From the NCBI GenBank assembly GCA_943787795.1, contig CALSNU010000003.1, positions 491,708 to 555,707 of the forward strand: a stretch of DNA of 64,000 bases, read 5' to 3'. Positions 17,017-25,878 of this stretch are shown here, one piece after another; position 1 is the first letter of the stretch, and every line of letters starts with the position of its first letter. Source of the DNA: an uncultured bacterium. GTDB taxonomy: Bacteria; Planctomycetota; UBA1135; GCA-002686595. A program made the position numbers and the translations under genes. The notes beneath the pieces were generated by a model. It ran no database searches and was not told the origin of the DNA. It saw only the letters and a program-made list of their open reading frames with translations.

Positions 17017-19935
17017 TCACCGGGGCCCGTCGAAGCTCATCTCGTGCTCCTGGCCGGCCTGCACCTCGACGGATTGCGACTCAGTGCGTGCCGAGCCTTC
17101 TGTGGGTGCCCCTACAAGACTGAACCGGTGCCTCCCCGGGGCCAGGCCACTGAAGACCGCGCGGCCATCCACCACCTGCTTCAGCTGCGGTGTACCTCCT
17201 CCCGGCGCGCGAGCCATGACCATGACACCCGCCGTGTCGCCACCCACTCGTACCGTGACGGTCCCGGCCTCGACGAAGCGTAGGTCGACGCCTTGGGTGA
17301 TGGTCCCGGTCTCGACCACCATGGGCTCGGTCTCCACGGACCCATGGTCGTCGCTCTGCGCCTTCACCACCAGCTCAACGTCCCCGGCGACGCCGCGCAG
17401 GGAGTAGCGTCCCTCCTCATCCGTGCGGACGGGATCGGTGAGGTCCGCGCCGCTACTGATGACCTGGGCTCCTCCTATCGACGAGCCAACCATCACGAAC
17501 CCGATCGAGCGCTGCCCCCCTGCATCAGGCCGGCGAGCGGACACTCCGGCATCGACCACCGGCTTGCCGCTGGCGTCCACGACCCGTCCCTCGATGAGGG
17601 TCACCGGCAGGTCCGCCTCGAAGCGGGTGTCGATGGCCTCCACCTCGACGTCGAAGCGATCGTCCATGACCCGCGTGGGGTGGCTGATGCGGAGCTCGTA
17701 CGCCCCTTCGGTCACCGCGTCGAAGCGGAATTCGCCCCGGCCGTCCGTCTCGGTGTTCGGTCCCGCGGGGCCGAGCCCCAGCAGCGGGCCCCCCGGTCCG
17801 GAGCCCTCGGGCTTCGCCAGCACGACCCTCGCCCCGGCCAGGGGCTGACCGTTCTCGGTCACCACGCCCGTGACCACCACGCGGTTCGGCGCCAAGAGGG
17901 TCAGCTCGGTGACCGCGCCCTCGACGACCTTGGCCTCGGTCCAGCCCTGATCATCGCCGCCGCTGAGGCCGAGCCCGTCAAGGTCGAAGGAGATCATCCC
18001 ACCCTCGGCGGGCTCTTCGCCCACCCTGAAGCGCGCCGGCCCCGCCGAGAACGCGCCGAGGGTGACGGAGCCATCGGGACCCGTCCTCGCGGGCTCCCGC
18101 TTCTTGCTCCTGCGCCCGCCGCCCTGGCGGTACTCCACGACGGTGCCCGGGAGGGTGCGCCCGGTGGAGTCCACCACCGTCACAGCCACCCAGCCGGGGG
18201 CGGGGAGCCGGACGAGGTGCTCGGTGACCGTCCCCGAGGACGACACGCTCACAGGCCCCGTGCGTGTCTGCGGGTGATCGGGGTGGGAGACGATCACGTC
18301 CACGGCCGCTCCCTCCTCCAAGGCGAGGACGCAGACACCCTCGTCGTCGGTCTCACCGCTCACAGAGGGTCCGGAGAGATCCACTGGCATGGGCAGATCC
18401 CCCGGGCCCTCGGAGCTCATGTTCATGCTCACGCGCCGCCTGATGGTCCGACTCCCGTTGGCGGCCGCAGGAACGTGCTCCGCCGACCGTACCTTGGCGC
18501 CTGGTAGCGGGTCACCCTCGGCGGTGAGCACCGTCACCCGCAGGGAGGCGCGGGAGAGGAGGCGCACCACACCGAGGGCGACCTGCTCATCCGGCTGGAC
18601 CCGGACCTCACTCTTCCAGGGCGCCTTGCCCCGTGCCTTCACCTCGACCTTGAGGACCTGGCCGCCCGCCTGCGGGAAGAGGCGCTCCACGCGAGCGACC
18701 CCCCCGGCCAGCTCCTCATCCTCCTGGATGACCTGCGACGCCCAGTTGAAGCCCGCCAGCACCTCCGCGGACAGGAGCGGCTCCCCCTCCTCGTCCACCA
18801 GCCGCATCTCGACCGTGGCGCCCTCGCTGTAGGGGACTTTGACCCCGCGATCACCGGCACGGACCGTGACGCTGTTCGAGCGTTGGGACTGCCCGGGGAG
18901 GATCCCGCCGCCGAAGCCCTCGAGCTTGACCTTGTAGTCGGCTCCAGGATCGAGGCCGGTGAGGCGGAAGCGGCCGTCCGGCTCGACCCCGGCCTCTCGG
19001 TCCCCGGGGCCGCTACCGCTCCCCAGAGCCCAGAAGTCCTGGCCCGACCGGGTCGCCGAGACGCGCCAGGAGGCCGCCTCGTGCACCCCGGGGAGACCGG
19101 TGACCCACCCCTCGGCGACCCCGCCTTGATCGAGCGTGACCAGGATCCCCTCGACCTTGCCGCCGGCTCGGCTCAGCTCTCCGGTGAACTTCGCGGCGAC
19201 GAACGCCTCGTGGCTCACCCTGTACTCGTACGGCCCCACGGCCTGGTCCGTGATCATGAAGCGGCCTTCCAGGTCAGACTTGACGCCCTCGGACCAGCCG
19301 CCGGAGCCGAGGAGGAGATCCTCGATGCTGGAGTCCCTCGAGGACCGGATTCGCGCCCCGGCGACTCCCCTCCCTTCGCGGTTCACCACCCGCCCCATGA
19401 GCACGCCTCCCTGCACGAGGGTTAGCTCGCCGAGATCGAGCGTGGCGCCGGTCTCGAGGCGGAGCTCCCGCTCCAGCGTTACGTAGCCCGGGCAGGCCAC
19501 CTCGAGCCGCGCCTTCCCGCCAGTCCCCTCCACCATGAAGCGGCCCTCGTCGTCGCAGATCCCGCTGGGTTCATCCGGGCGATCCCGGCCCCCGTAGAGC
19601 CTCACCTCGGCACCGGCGAGCACGCGGGCGGCAGCGCCCAGCACGCGCCCTTCGGCGGCGGCTGCGGCCTCCGCGCGGCTCTTGTCGGTCGCTGCCCCGA
19701 TCGACGGAGCCGAGGAGGCCTCCGCCTCTGTCGCCTCCCGTCCAAGTTCCTCATCTCTGAGTGTCAGGGACGCGAGCTCAGGCGCCACAGCGTCTTCGCC
19801 GGCCGCATCCTGAGGGGGCGCCGCATCCACGGTTGACGCAGCGCCGTCGAGCGAGGCTGCAGGATCGCGGAGCAGGAGCGTGCCCGCCCCGAGGAGTCCG
19901 AGCGCGAGGGCCAGCAGGCAGAAGAGGAGGCGCAT
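17017..19935 (-). CDS. Membrane-anchored carboxypeptidase regulatory-like (prealbumin-fold) repeat protein
   Basis: N-terminal hydrophobic anchor followed by repeated G(R/V)VVDxxGxP(L/V)xGAxV...TDxxGxF units. Confidence 0.85.
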   Translation of the reverse strand: MRLLFCLLALALGLLGAGTLLLRDPAASLDGAASTVDAAPPQDAAGEDAVAPELASLTLRDEELGREATEAEASSAPSIGAATDKSRAEAAAAAEGRVLGAAARVLAGAEVRLYGGRDRPDEPSGICDDEGRFMVEGTGGKARLEVACPGYVTLERELRLETGATLDLGELTLVQGGVLMGRVVNREGRGVAGARIRSSRDSSIEDLLLGSGGWSEGVKSDLEGRFMITDQAVGPYEYRVSHEAFVAAKFTGELSRAGGKVEGILVTLDQGGVAEGWVTGLPGVHEAASWRVSATRSGQDFWALGSGSGPGDREAGVEPDGRFRLTGLDPGADYKVKLEGFGGGILPGQSQRSNSVTVRAGDRGVKVPYSEGATVEMRLVDEEGEPLLSAEVLAGFNWASQVIQEDEELAGGVARVERLFPQAGGQVLKVEVKARGKAPWKSEVRVQPDEQVALGVVRLLSRASLRVTVLTAEGDPLPGAKVRSAEHVPAAANGSRTIRRRVSMNMSSEGPGDLPMPVDLSGPSVSGETDDEGVCVLALEEGAAVDVIVSHPDHPQTRTGPVSVSSSGTVTEHLVRLPAPGWVAVTVVDSTGRTLPGTVVEYRQGGGRRSKKREPARTGPDGSVTLGAFSAGPARFRVGEEPAEGGMISFDLDGLGLSGGDDQGWTEAKVVEGAVTELTLLAPNRVVVTGVVTENGQPLAGARVVLAKPEGSGPGGPLLGLGPAGPNTETDGRGEFRFDAVTEGAYELRISHPTRVMDDRFDVEVEAIDTRFEADLPVTLIEGRVVDASGKPVVDAGVSARRPDAGGQRSIGFVMVGSSIGGAQVISSGADLTDPVRTDEEGRYSLRGVAGDVELVVKAQSDDHGSVETEPMVVETGTITQGVDLRFVEAGTVTVRVGGDTAGVMVMARAPGGGTPQLKQVVDGRAVFSGLAPGRHRFSLVGAPTEGSARTESQSVEVQAGQEHEMSFDGPR

Positions 19936-19940
19936 GGTGC

Positions 19941-19980
19941 GGGGAGGTACAGGACGGCGGGGAGGTACAGGACGGCGGGG
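19941..19980. repeat. 18-bp perfect direct repeat x2 immediately upstream of the 17017-19935 start codon
   Basis: ggggaggtacaggacggc twice, followed by gggg. Confidence 0.85.
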
Positions 19981-20110
19981 GTGGGCGTGGACGAGCGTGG
20001 TACGGCAGAGCCGTCGGCGGGTTGGGCCTGAAGCTGCAGATCGTCCCGCGCTCCGCCCGTTGTGGGCCCCGGCCCTGAAGGGCGAAGCGGTTCAGGTCGC
20101 GTCCGCAGCT

Positions 20111-20737
20111 CTAGGCGTGGCAGAGCTGGTCGACGAGCTTGTTCAGGTCAGCCTTGTTCGTCTGGCAGAGCCGCACCATGTCGGAGAACGTGACGTCGCG
20201 GGGGCCTCGCTCGGCCAGAAGGTCGAGCAGGCGGAGCCAGAGGGCCGAGGTCATCTCGGCGTCGGCGAGCGCACGGTGGAAGGTCCCGTCGCTGGGGAGG
20301 TCGAGGTGCTCTACGAGCGTGCCGAGCCGGTGATTGGGGGCCGTCGGGCAGAGTCTTCGCGCGGCCAGCAGGGAGCAGGCGAGGCTCCCTCGTGGTTGGC
20401 GGTCGATGCGCGCGTATTCAGCCTCGAGGAAGCGGCGGTCGAAGGAGGCGTTATGGGCCACCAGATTGGCCTCGCCTGCGAAGAGTGCGAAGCGCTCCAT
20501 GACCACCTCGCAGGGCTCGGCCTCGTCGAGCATCGCGTTGCTGATCCCCGTGTACTCCTCGATGAACGGAGAGACAGGCACGCCCGGGTCCATGAGGGAC
20601 TGGAAGCGGGCGACGGGGACGCCGCCCTCGATGCGGACGGCACCAATCTCGATCGAGCGGTCCCCTTGGGCAGGGGAGAGCCCGGTGGTCTCGAAGTCGA
20701 AGATGATGCAGGTCCTGGCGTCATCGGTGGCCGTCAT
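20111..20737 (-). CDS. DEDDh 3'-5' exonuclease (DNA polymerase III epsilon-like)
   Basis: IFDFETTG (Exo I), VAHNASFD (Exo II) and HRALADA (Exo III). Confidence 0.92.
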   Translation of the reverse strand: MTATDDARTCIIFDFETTGLSPAQGDRSIEIGAVRIEGGVPVARFQSLMDPGVPVSPFIEEYTGISNAMLDEAEPCEVVMERFALFAGEANLVAHNASFDRRFLEAEYARIDRQPRGSLACSLLAARRLCPTAPNHRLGTLVEHLDLPSDGTFHRALADAEMTSALWLRLLDLLAERGPRDVTFSDMVRLCQTNKADLNKLVDQLCHA

Positions 20738-21074
20738 GTCGACACCGTAGCGAGTGCGGTGGCCCCTTCACTCCACCGGGCGGGATTCCATCCCGTCGCA
20801 AGGCGGCGAGCGGCGTTGAGGTGGCCTGGCGCCGGGTGAGCCTCGCGTGAGGGGCCTCGCCTGGCGGCACGAGGGCGCGTTGTTCAGGGTCATGGGGGAT
20901 GAGCGGCGGTCCATTCTTGGAGCCTGGGAGCCTCAAGGCACCTGTGCCGGCCAGCCACGGGGTGCTGCGTCATCAAGCCACGTCGCGTTCGGAGCGCGTC
21001 GAATCCAGGGGCTCAGGGCCGCGAACCGATTATCGCTGGAGGGTGGTGCAGATCGCACCCCCGACGGTGAGATC

Positions 21075-21971
21075 ATGAGCAGCTGGCACGAGACACTCTT
21101 CGAGGCGCTCCGGGCCCGGTGGGAGGCGCCGCTGACCCGTCGGGTCATCGGCTGGGCCCTCACGGCGTCCTTCTTCGTGTCGATCGTGTGCATCGAGCTG
21201 GCCCGCCAGGGCTGGATGCCGACGGTCCTCGGTCAGCCGCTTCCGACGAACCACCTGGCCGCGATCTCCTGGGTCTTCACGCTGCTTCTGATCGTCGAGG
21301 TGCTCGACCTGGTCTTCTCGCTGGCAGAGTCCATCGCCAACGCCCTGGGCAAGCAGCTGGAGATCTTCTCGCTGATCCTGGTCCGCAAGACCTTTGACGA
21401 GCTCGCGCGGCTGCCCGAGCCCATCGACATCGGCGGCGCGACGGAGGTCCTCCTCGAGATGGGGGCCTTGGCCGTCAGTGCCCTCGTGGTCTTCGTGGCG
21501 CTGACCCTGTACTACCGCCTCCAGCGGCACCGTCCCATCTCCACGGACGCGGATGACGTGGCGCACTTCGTGTCCCTGAAGAAGGCTGTCTGCCTCGGTC
21601 TCCTGGTGGCCTTCGTGGTCACCGGCGCGCTCTTCGGCTTCAGCTCCCTCACCGTCGACGCTCCCGACGAGGCCCTGTCCCTCGACTTCTTCGTCGTCTT
21701 CTTCACCGTCCTCGTCTTCTCGGACGTCCTCCTCGTCCTCGCCTCGCTCACGGTGACGCGCGAGTACCGCGTGGTCTTCCGCAACTTCACCTTCGCGGTG
21801 GTCACGGTCTTCCTGCGCATCGCGCTGGTGGCCGATCCCTACCCCAAGGCCATCCTCGGCGCCGCCACTGCGCTGTTCGCTCTCGCGGCGGCCTGGGCCT
21901 TCGACTTCAGCCGTCCCGTGGATCGAGAGGAGCCTCAAGGTGCGGCCGCGCTGCGCCATGAGCGCCCATAG
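21075..21971 (+). CDS. Hypothetical polytopic membrane protein
   Basis: About 7 hydrophobic segments, conserved-looking GKQLEIFSLILVRKTF motif and strong GC3 bias. Confidence 0.75.
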   Translation: MSSWHETLFEALRARWEAPLTRRVIGWALTASFFVSIVCIELARQGWMPTVLGQPLPTNHLAAISWVFTLLLIVEVLDLVFSLAESIANALGKQLEIFSLILVRKTFDELARLPEPIDIGGATEVLLEMGALAVSALVVFVALTLYYRLQRHRPISTDADDVAHFVSLKKAVCLGLLVAFVVTGALFGFSSLTVDAPDEALSLDFFVVFFTVLVFSDVLLVLASLTVTREYRVVFRNFTFAVVTVFLRIALVADPYPKAILGAATALFALAAAWAFDFSRPVDREEPQGAAALRHERP

Positions 21972-22040
21972 CGCGCCGCCGCTCGATCGGAGCTCTCGCA
22001 GGCCGCGCCTGGCCTTCGGGGTGGCGCCTCGGCGCTTGCC

Positions 22041-24095
22041 TCAGTCTTCGTAGGAGCGATCGTTGGGGAAGGCCGGACCCCGCTTGCGAGCGGAGCCTCG
22101 ACGGGGCCCACCGCCGGCCCGCTGCCCAGGGCCGGTACCCGGATCACCGGTGGAGCCTGCGGTGTCGCGGCCCCGCGCCTTGCGGCTGGCGCTCTCCTCG
22201 CGCCGCCCCTTGTTCTTGGTGGGGCGGGCCGAGCCCTCGCTGCCGCGACGGGCCTCGCGCGCCTCCTTGGGGGCCTTGGCGGGGATGAGGCACTTGGGTC
22301 CGGAGCCGATGAGGTCGGTGCGGCCGGCCTCGGTCAGGGCCTTGTGCACGGTGAAGTAGTTCTCCGGCGCGAAGAATTGCATCAGCGCCCGCTGGACCTT
22401 GCGGTCGCGCAGCTTGGTCACCGTCTCCACCGGCTTCATGGTCATCGGGTCGAGGCCCGTGTGGTACATGCAGGTCGCGATGTCCATGGGGGCCGGGATG
22501 AAGTCCTGGACCTGGCGCGGCTTGTAGCCCGAGGCCTTGAGGTACTCCGCCAGCTCGATCATCTCGGCCACGCCTGAGCCAGGGTGGGACGCGATGTAGT
22601 ACGGGACGAGGTACTGCTCCTTGCCCGCGCGCTTGGAGGCCGCCTTGAAGCGCTCCGCGAAGTGGTCGAAGGTGTTGGTCGCCGGCTTCTTCATGTGCTC
22701 AAGCACGTTGTCCGACGCGTGCTCGGGCGCGACCTTGAGGTGGCCGCCCACGTGATGTCGGGCGAGGTCCTCCAGGTACTCGTCGTCGAACCGCGCGAGG
22801 TCCATGCGGATGCCGCTCGCGACGTTGACCTTCTTGATGCCGGGGACCTCCCGGACCTTCTTCATGACGCTCTTGGTGGGCGCATGGCTGGTGTCCAGGA
22901 GCTTGCACACGGTTGGGTGGACGCACGATGCGCGCTTGCACACGGCCTCAACCTCCGGCTTCGTGCAGCGCATGCGGTACATGTTGGCGGTGGGCCCGCC
23001 CAGGTCCGAGATGACCCCGTTGAACTTGGGGTCGGCCGCCATGGTCTCAACCTCCTTGAGGATCGACGCCTCGCTGCGGCTCTGGATGGCGTTGCCCTGG
23101 TGCATCGTGATCGAGCAGAACGTGCAGCCGCCGAAGCACCCGCGCATGATCGTCACGGACTCGCGGATCATCTGATCCGCGGGGATCGGCTTCTTGTAGC
23201 TGGTGTGGCTCATCCGTGTGTACGGCAGGTCGTACACGCGATCGAGCTCGTCGGTCTCGAGGGCGAGGGCCGGCGGGTTCACCACGAGGGTCCGGTCTCC
23301 GTGCTTCTGGGTGAGCCGGGCCCCGTTGAGCGGGTTGGTCTCCTGGTGCAGCGTGCGCGTCATCTCCGCGAACGCGACCTTGTCGGCCTTGACCGCCTCG
23401 AAGGAGGGCATCTCCAAGGTCTTGGTCACCGGCTCGCCGATGGGGCGGTCGAACCCGTGGGCGGGGAGCTCCTCCTTCTTGCCCATGAGGTACGCGACCC
23501 CGCGGAGGTCCCTGCAGTCTCGGATGGTCTGGCCCTCATTGAGGCGCCGCGCGATCTCCACGATCTGGGTCTCGCCCATGCCGAAGCCGCACAGGTCAGC
23601 CTTACTCGGCACGAGCATCGACGGTCGAACCGTCTCGGACCAGTAGTCAAAGTGTGCGATCCGGCGCAGGGAGGCCTCCACCCCGCCGATGACCACGGGG
23701 ACGTCGGCGAAGGCCTCGCGGCAGCGCTGGGAGTAGACCGCGGTGGCCCGGTCCGGCCGCAGCCCGATCTCACCACCTGGCGAGTAGGCGTCCTGGTTGC
23801 GACGCTTCTTGTTGGCGGTGTAGTGGTTGATCATGGAGTCCATGTTCCCACCGCTCACCGCGTAGAAGAGCCGCGGCTTGCCGATCGCCTTCCAGGCGTC
23901 CGCGTTCTTCCAGTCCGGCTGGCAGAGCAGCGCCACCTTGTACCCCTCCGCCTCGAGGGTCCGGCCCAGGAGCGCGTTGGCGAACGAGGGGTGATCCACG
24001 TACGCGTCCCCCGACACGAAGACGATGTCCGGCTGCTCCCAGCCGAGCGCCTCGACCTCGCTCGGGGTGATGGGGAGAAGGTCGAGGTTGGGCAT
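22041..24095 (-). CDS. ygiQ: YgiQ-family radical SAM protein
   Basis: [32 protein letters not shown] (CxxxCxxC), [10 protein letters not shown] and PYYIASHPG. Confidence 0.92.
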   Translation of the reverse strand: MPNLDLLPITPSEVEALGWEQPDIVFVSGDAYVDHPSFANALLGRTLEAEGYKVALLCQPDWKNADAWKAIGKPRLFYAVSGGNMDSMINHYTANKKRRNQDAYSPGGEIGLRPDRATAVYSQRCREAFADVPVVIGGVEASLRRIAHFDYWSETVRPSMLVPSKADLCGFGMGETQIVEIARRLNEGQTIRDCRDLRGVAYLMGKKEELPAHGFDRPIGEPVTKTLEMPSFEAVKADKVAFAEMTRTLHQETNPLNGARLTQKHGDRTLVVNPPALALETDELDRVYDLPYTRMSHTSYKKPIPADQMIRESVTIMRGCFGGCTFCSITMHQGNAIQSRSEASILKEVETMAADPKFNGVISDLGGPTANMYRMRCTKPEVEAVCKRASCVHPTVCKLLDTSHAPTKSVMKKVREVPGIKKVNVASGIRMDLARFDDEYLEDLARHHVGGHLKVAPEHASDNVLEHMKKPATNTFDHFAERFKAASKRAGKEQYLVPYYIASHPGSGVAEMIELAEYLKASGYKPRQVQDFIPAPMDIATCMYHTGLDPMTMKPVETVTKLRDRKVQRALMQFFAPENYFTVHKALTEAGRTDLIGSGPKCLIPAKAPKEAREARRGSEGSARPTKNKGRREESASRKARGRDTAGSTGDPGTGPGQRAGGGPRRGSARKRGPAFPNDRSYED

Positions 24096-24364
24096 GCGGC
24101 ACGCAGGATAGCCGGAAGTGAGGGGCGCGCCTACGCCCGAACGGGCTGGCCGCGGGGTGCGTCACCGCGCCGCCAGTCCATCGAGGCGAGGGCCCGGCGC
24201 GGAGCTCCGCGAGCCGCATGCCGAGCCTCCATTTGAGCGCGCATGGGTGCCTGGCGTTCGATGGGGAGGCTGCGGGGAGGAGCTCCGAAGGGGCCGGCCG
24301 GCCGGGAGCGGGAGGCGCCTGGGCAGGTGCCTGTCGCCATGGCGGTCGCTTGCCGCCGTGGCGA

Positions 24365-24424
24365 GGCCCCTGTGTCCGTGGGGTGGTCCCTGTGTTCTTA
24401 GCGTGGTCCCTGTGTCCAGGGACG
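24365..24424. repeat. 20-bp-period direct repeat x3 (core GG(T/C)CCCTGTGT) between divergent genes
   Basis: ggcccctgtgtccgtggggt/ggtccctgtgttcttagcgt/ggtccctgtgtccagggacg. Confidence 0.75.
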
Positions 24425-24516
24425 TCGCCTGTTGCGCCCGAGCGAACGAATTCACATGAAGCACCTTGTCGGGCGTGTGTGTTGAATCTGAGCCCTGGAT
24501 CAAGTGGATTGGCGGA

Positions 24517-25218
24517 ATGAAGAACGCTCCCTCGCTGATTGTGCTGCTGGTGTTCGCGGCGCTGGCCGTGGCTTGCCGCGTCAAGCCGGATCTCGCGCGC
24601 GCAGAGGTGCCGCAGTCGGGCTTCCTGCCGGATTACTCCCTCCTCGAGCCAGTGGTCACCCCGTCCCCCGACGCCAGGCTCTTTCGATATCGCAAGCCGG
24701 GCGTGGACCCGGAGCTCTATCACGCGGTCATCCTGGATCTCATCGAGGTCAACCAGAACGTGACCGACACGATCTCCCAGGAGACGATCGACCGGACCCG
24801 GGAGACGCTCCAGGCCTCCATGACGGAGGCGGTGCTGGTACGGGGAGCGGTCGACGTCATCGCGGAGCCGGGTCCCGGCGTCGCTCGTTTTCAGGTGAAG
24901 ATCACCGGCGCCGAGACCACGGCGGACGGCCTCCAACCGTGGAGCTTCACTCCGGTCGGCCTCGCCCTCAACGGGGCGGCCTATGTCGGCGGTGTGAACG
25001 CCAAGACGCCGATGCTGCTGGTGGAGAGCTGGCTCACCGACAGCGACACGGGAGACCTGCTCGGGGAGGGGCTGTTGATGGTCCAGGGAGACTCCTTCCG
25101 GACGGGCGCTGGTTCGCTTGAGTCCTTCATCGAGATGGCCAACAGGGCCGTGAGCGTGGTCATGGAGTCGTCCGCGCCAGAGCGGCCCGAGGCGGACCAG
25201 GCCATGCGGCCGCGCTGA
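24517..25218 (+). CDS. DUF3313-like lipoprotein
   Basis: Lipobox LAVAC; SGFLPDYSLL and TDSDTGDLLG motifs typical of DUF3313. Confidence 0.8.
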   Translation: MKNAPSLIVLLVFAALAVACRVKPDLARAEVPQSGFLPDYSLLEPVVTPSPDARLFRYRKPGVDPELYHAVILDLIEVNQNVTDTISQETIDRTRETLQASMTEAVLVRGAVDVIAEPGPGVARFQVKITGAETTADGLQPWSFTPVGLALNGAAYVGGVNAKTPMLLVESWLTDSDTGDLLGEGLLMVQGDSFRTGAGSLESFIEMANRAVSVVMESSAPERPEADQAMRPR

Positions 25219-25283
25219 GGTGATCCGGCGCCAGCTGTGCTCACCCGAGAGCATGGCGCTGGCTTCGCTTCGCCGCCGAGTCC

Positions 25284-25338
25284 GACGCTGTCGTGCTGGA
25301 CGCTGTCGTGCTGGACGCTGTCGTGCTGAACGCTGTCG
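25284..25338. repeat. 15-bp tandem repeat, ~3.7 copies (GACGCTGTCGTGCTG)
   Basis: Three perfect copies plus aacgctgtcg. Confidence 0.9.
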
Positions 25339-25878
25339 ACCTTGACGCCCTCAGGCGAGACCCTGCTGGCCGGCCCGGAGGGCGCCTTGGGTCGCGGCTC
25401 CTGCCAGGCACCGTCCCCGAGTGACCCGCCTCTCGCGCCGCGGCCCTTGGCCCTCGTCGAGCCAGGCGGGATCGCCCGGGCCCGCGCCGACGGTCACGGA
25501 CACTCCCGTGTCGATTCGCGCGCCCTTGCCCTCGCCGCGGACGGCCCGAGCCCCCGGCTTGCCCATCCCTTCAACCGGTGGTGTTCCGGAGGCGGATCGG
25601 GGGTCTCCCGGTGGGGTTGGATCGGGCAAGACTGTGAGCGCAGCCATACGGCGCCGGGGTGCGGTTGCGGGGGCGGCGGCTGCGTGCGTGTGTGTGCGTG
25701 CGTGCGGGGGGGGGGCTCGGTTAGGGGGGGCTCGGGTCGGGCCCCCAGGACCCGACGCAGAGGCCGGAGCAGGGCGACCCCCAGGGGGTGCTCCAGGATG
25801 CGATCAGGGAGAGGTGCGGGGGCCTGCCGTTCAATTCAGAAGCGGGGGCGTTTGACCTCGGTCGGATAACATGGAGCG

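Noticed and set aside
20111..20737. Calling the exonuclease dnaQ or a CRISPR/defence-associated nuclease
   Set aside because: Only the generic DEDDh motifs are visible. There is no contextual support for the replicative epsilon subunit or for a defence locus.
25351..25647. 98-aa minus-strand ORF in the DUF3313-esterase spacer
   Set aside because: No recognisable motif or RBS and low-complexity composition. It could be a decayed fragment but is unsupported.
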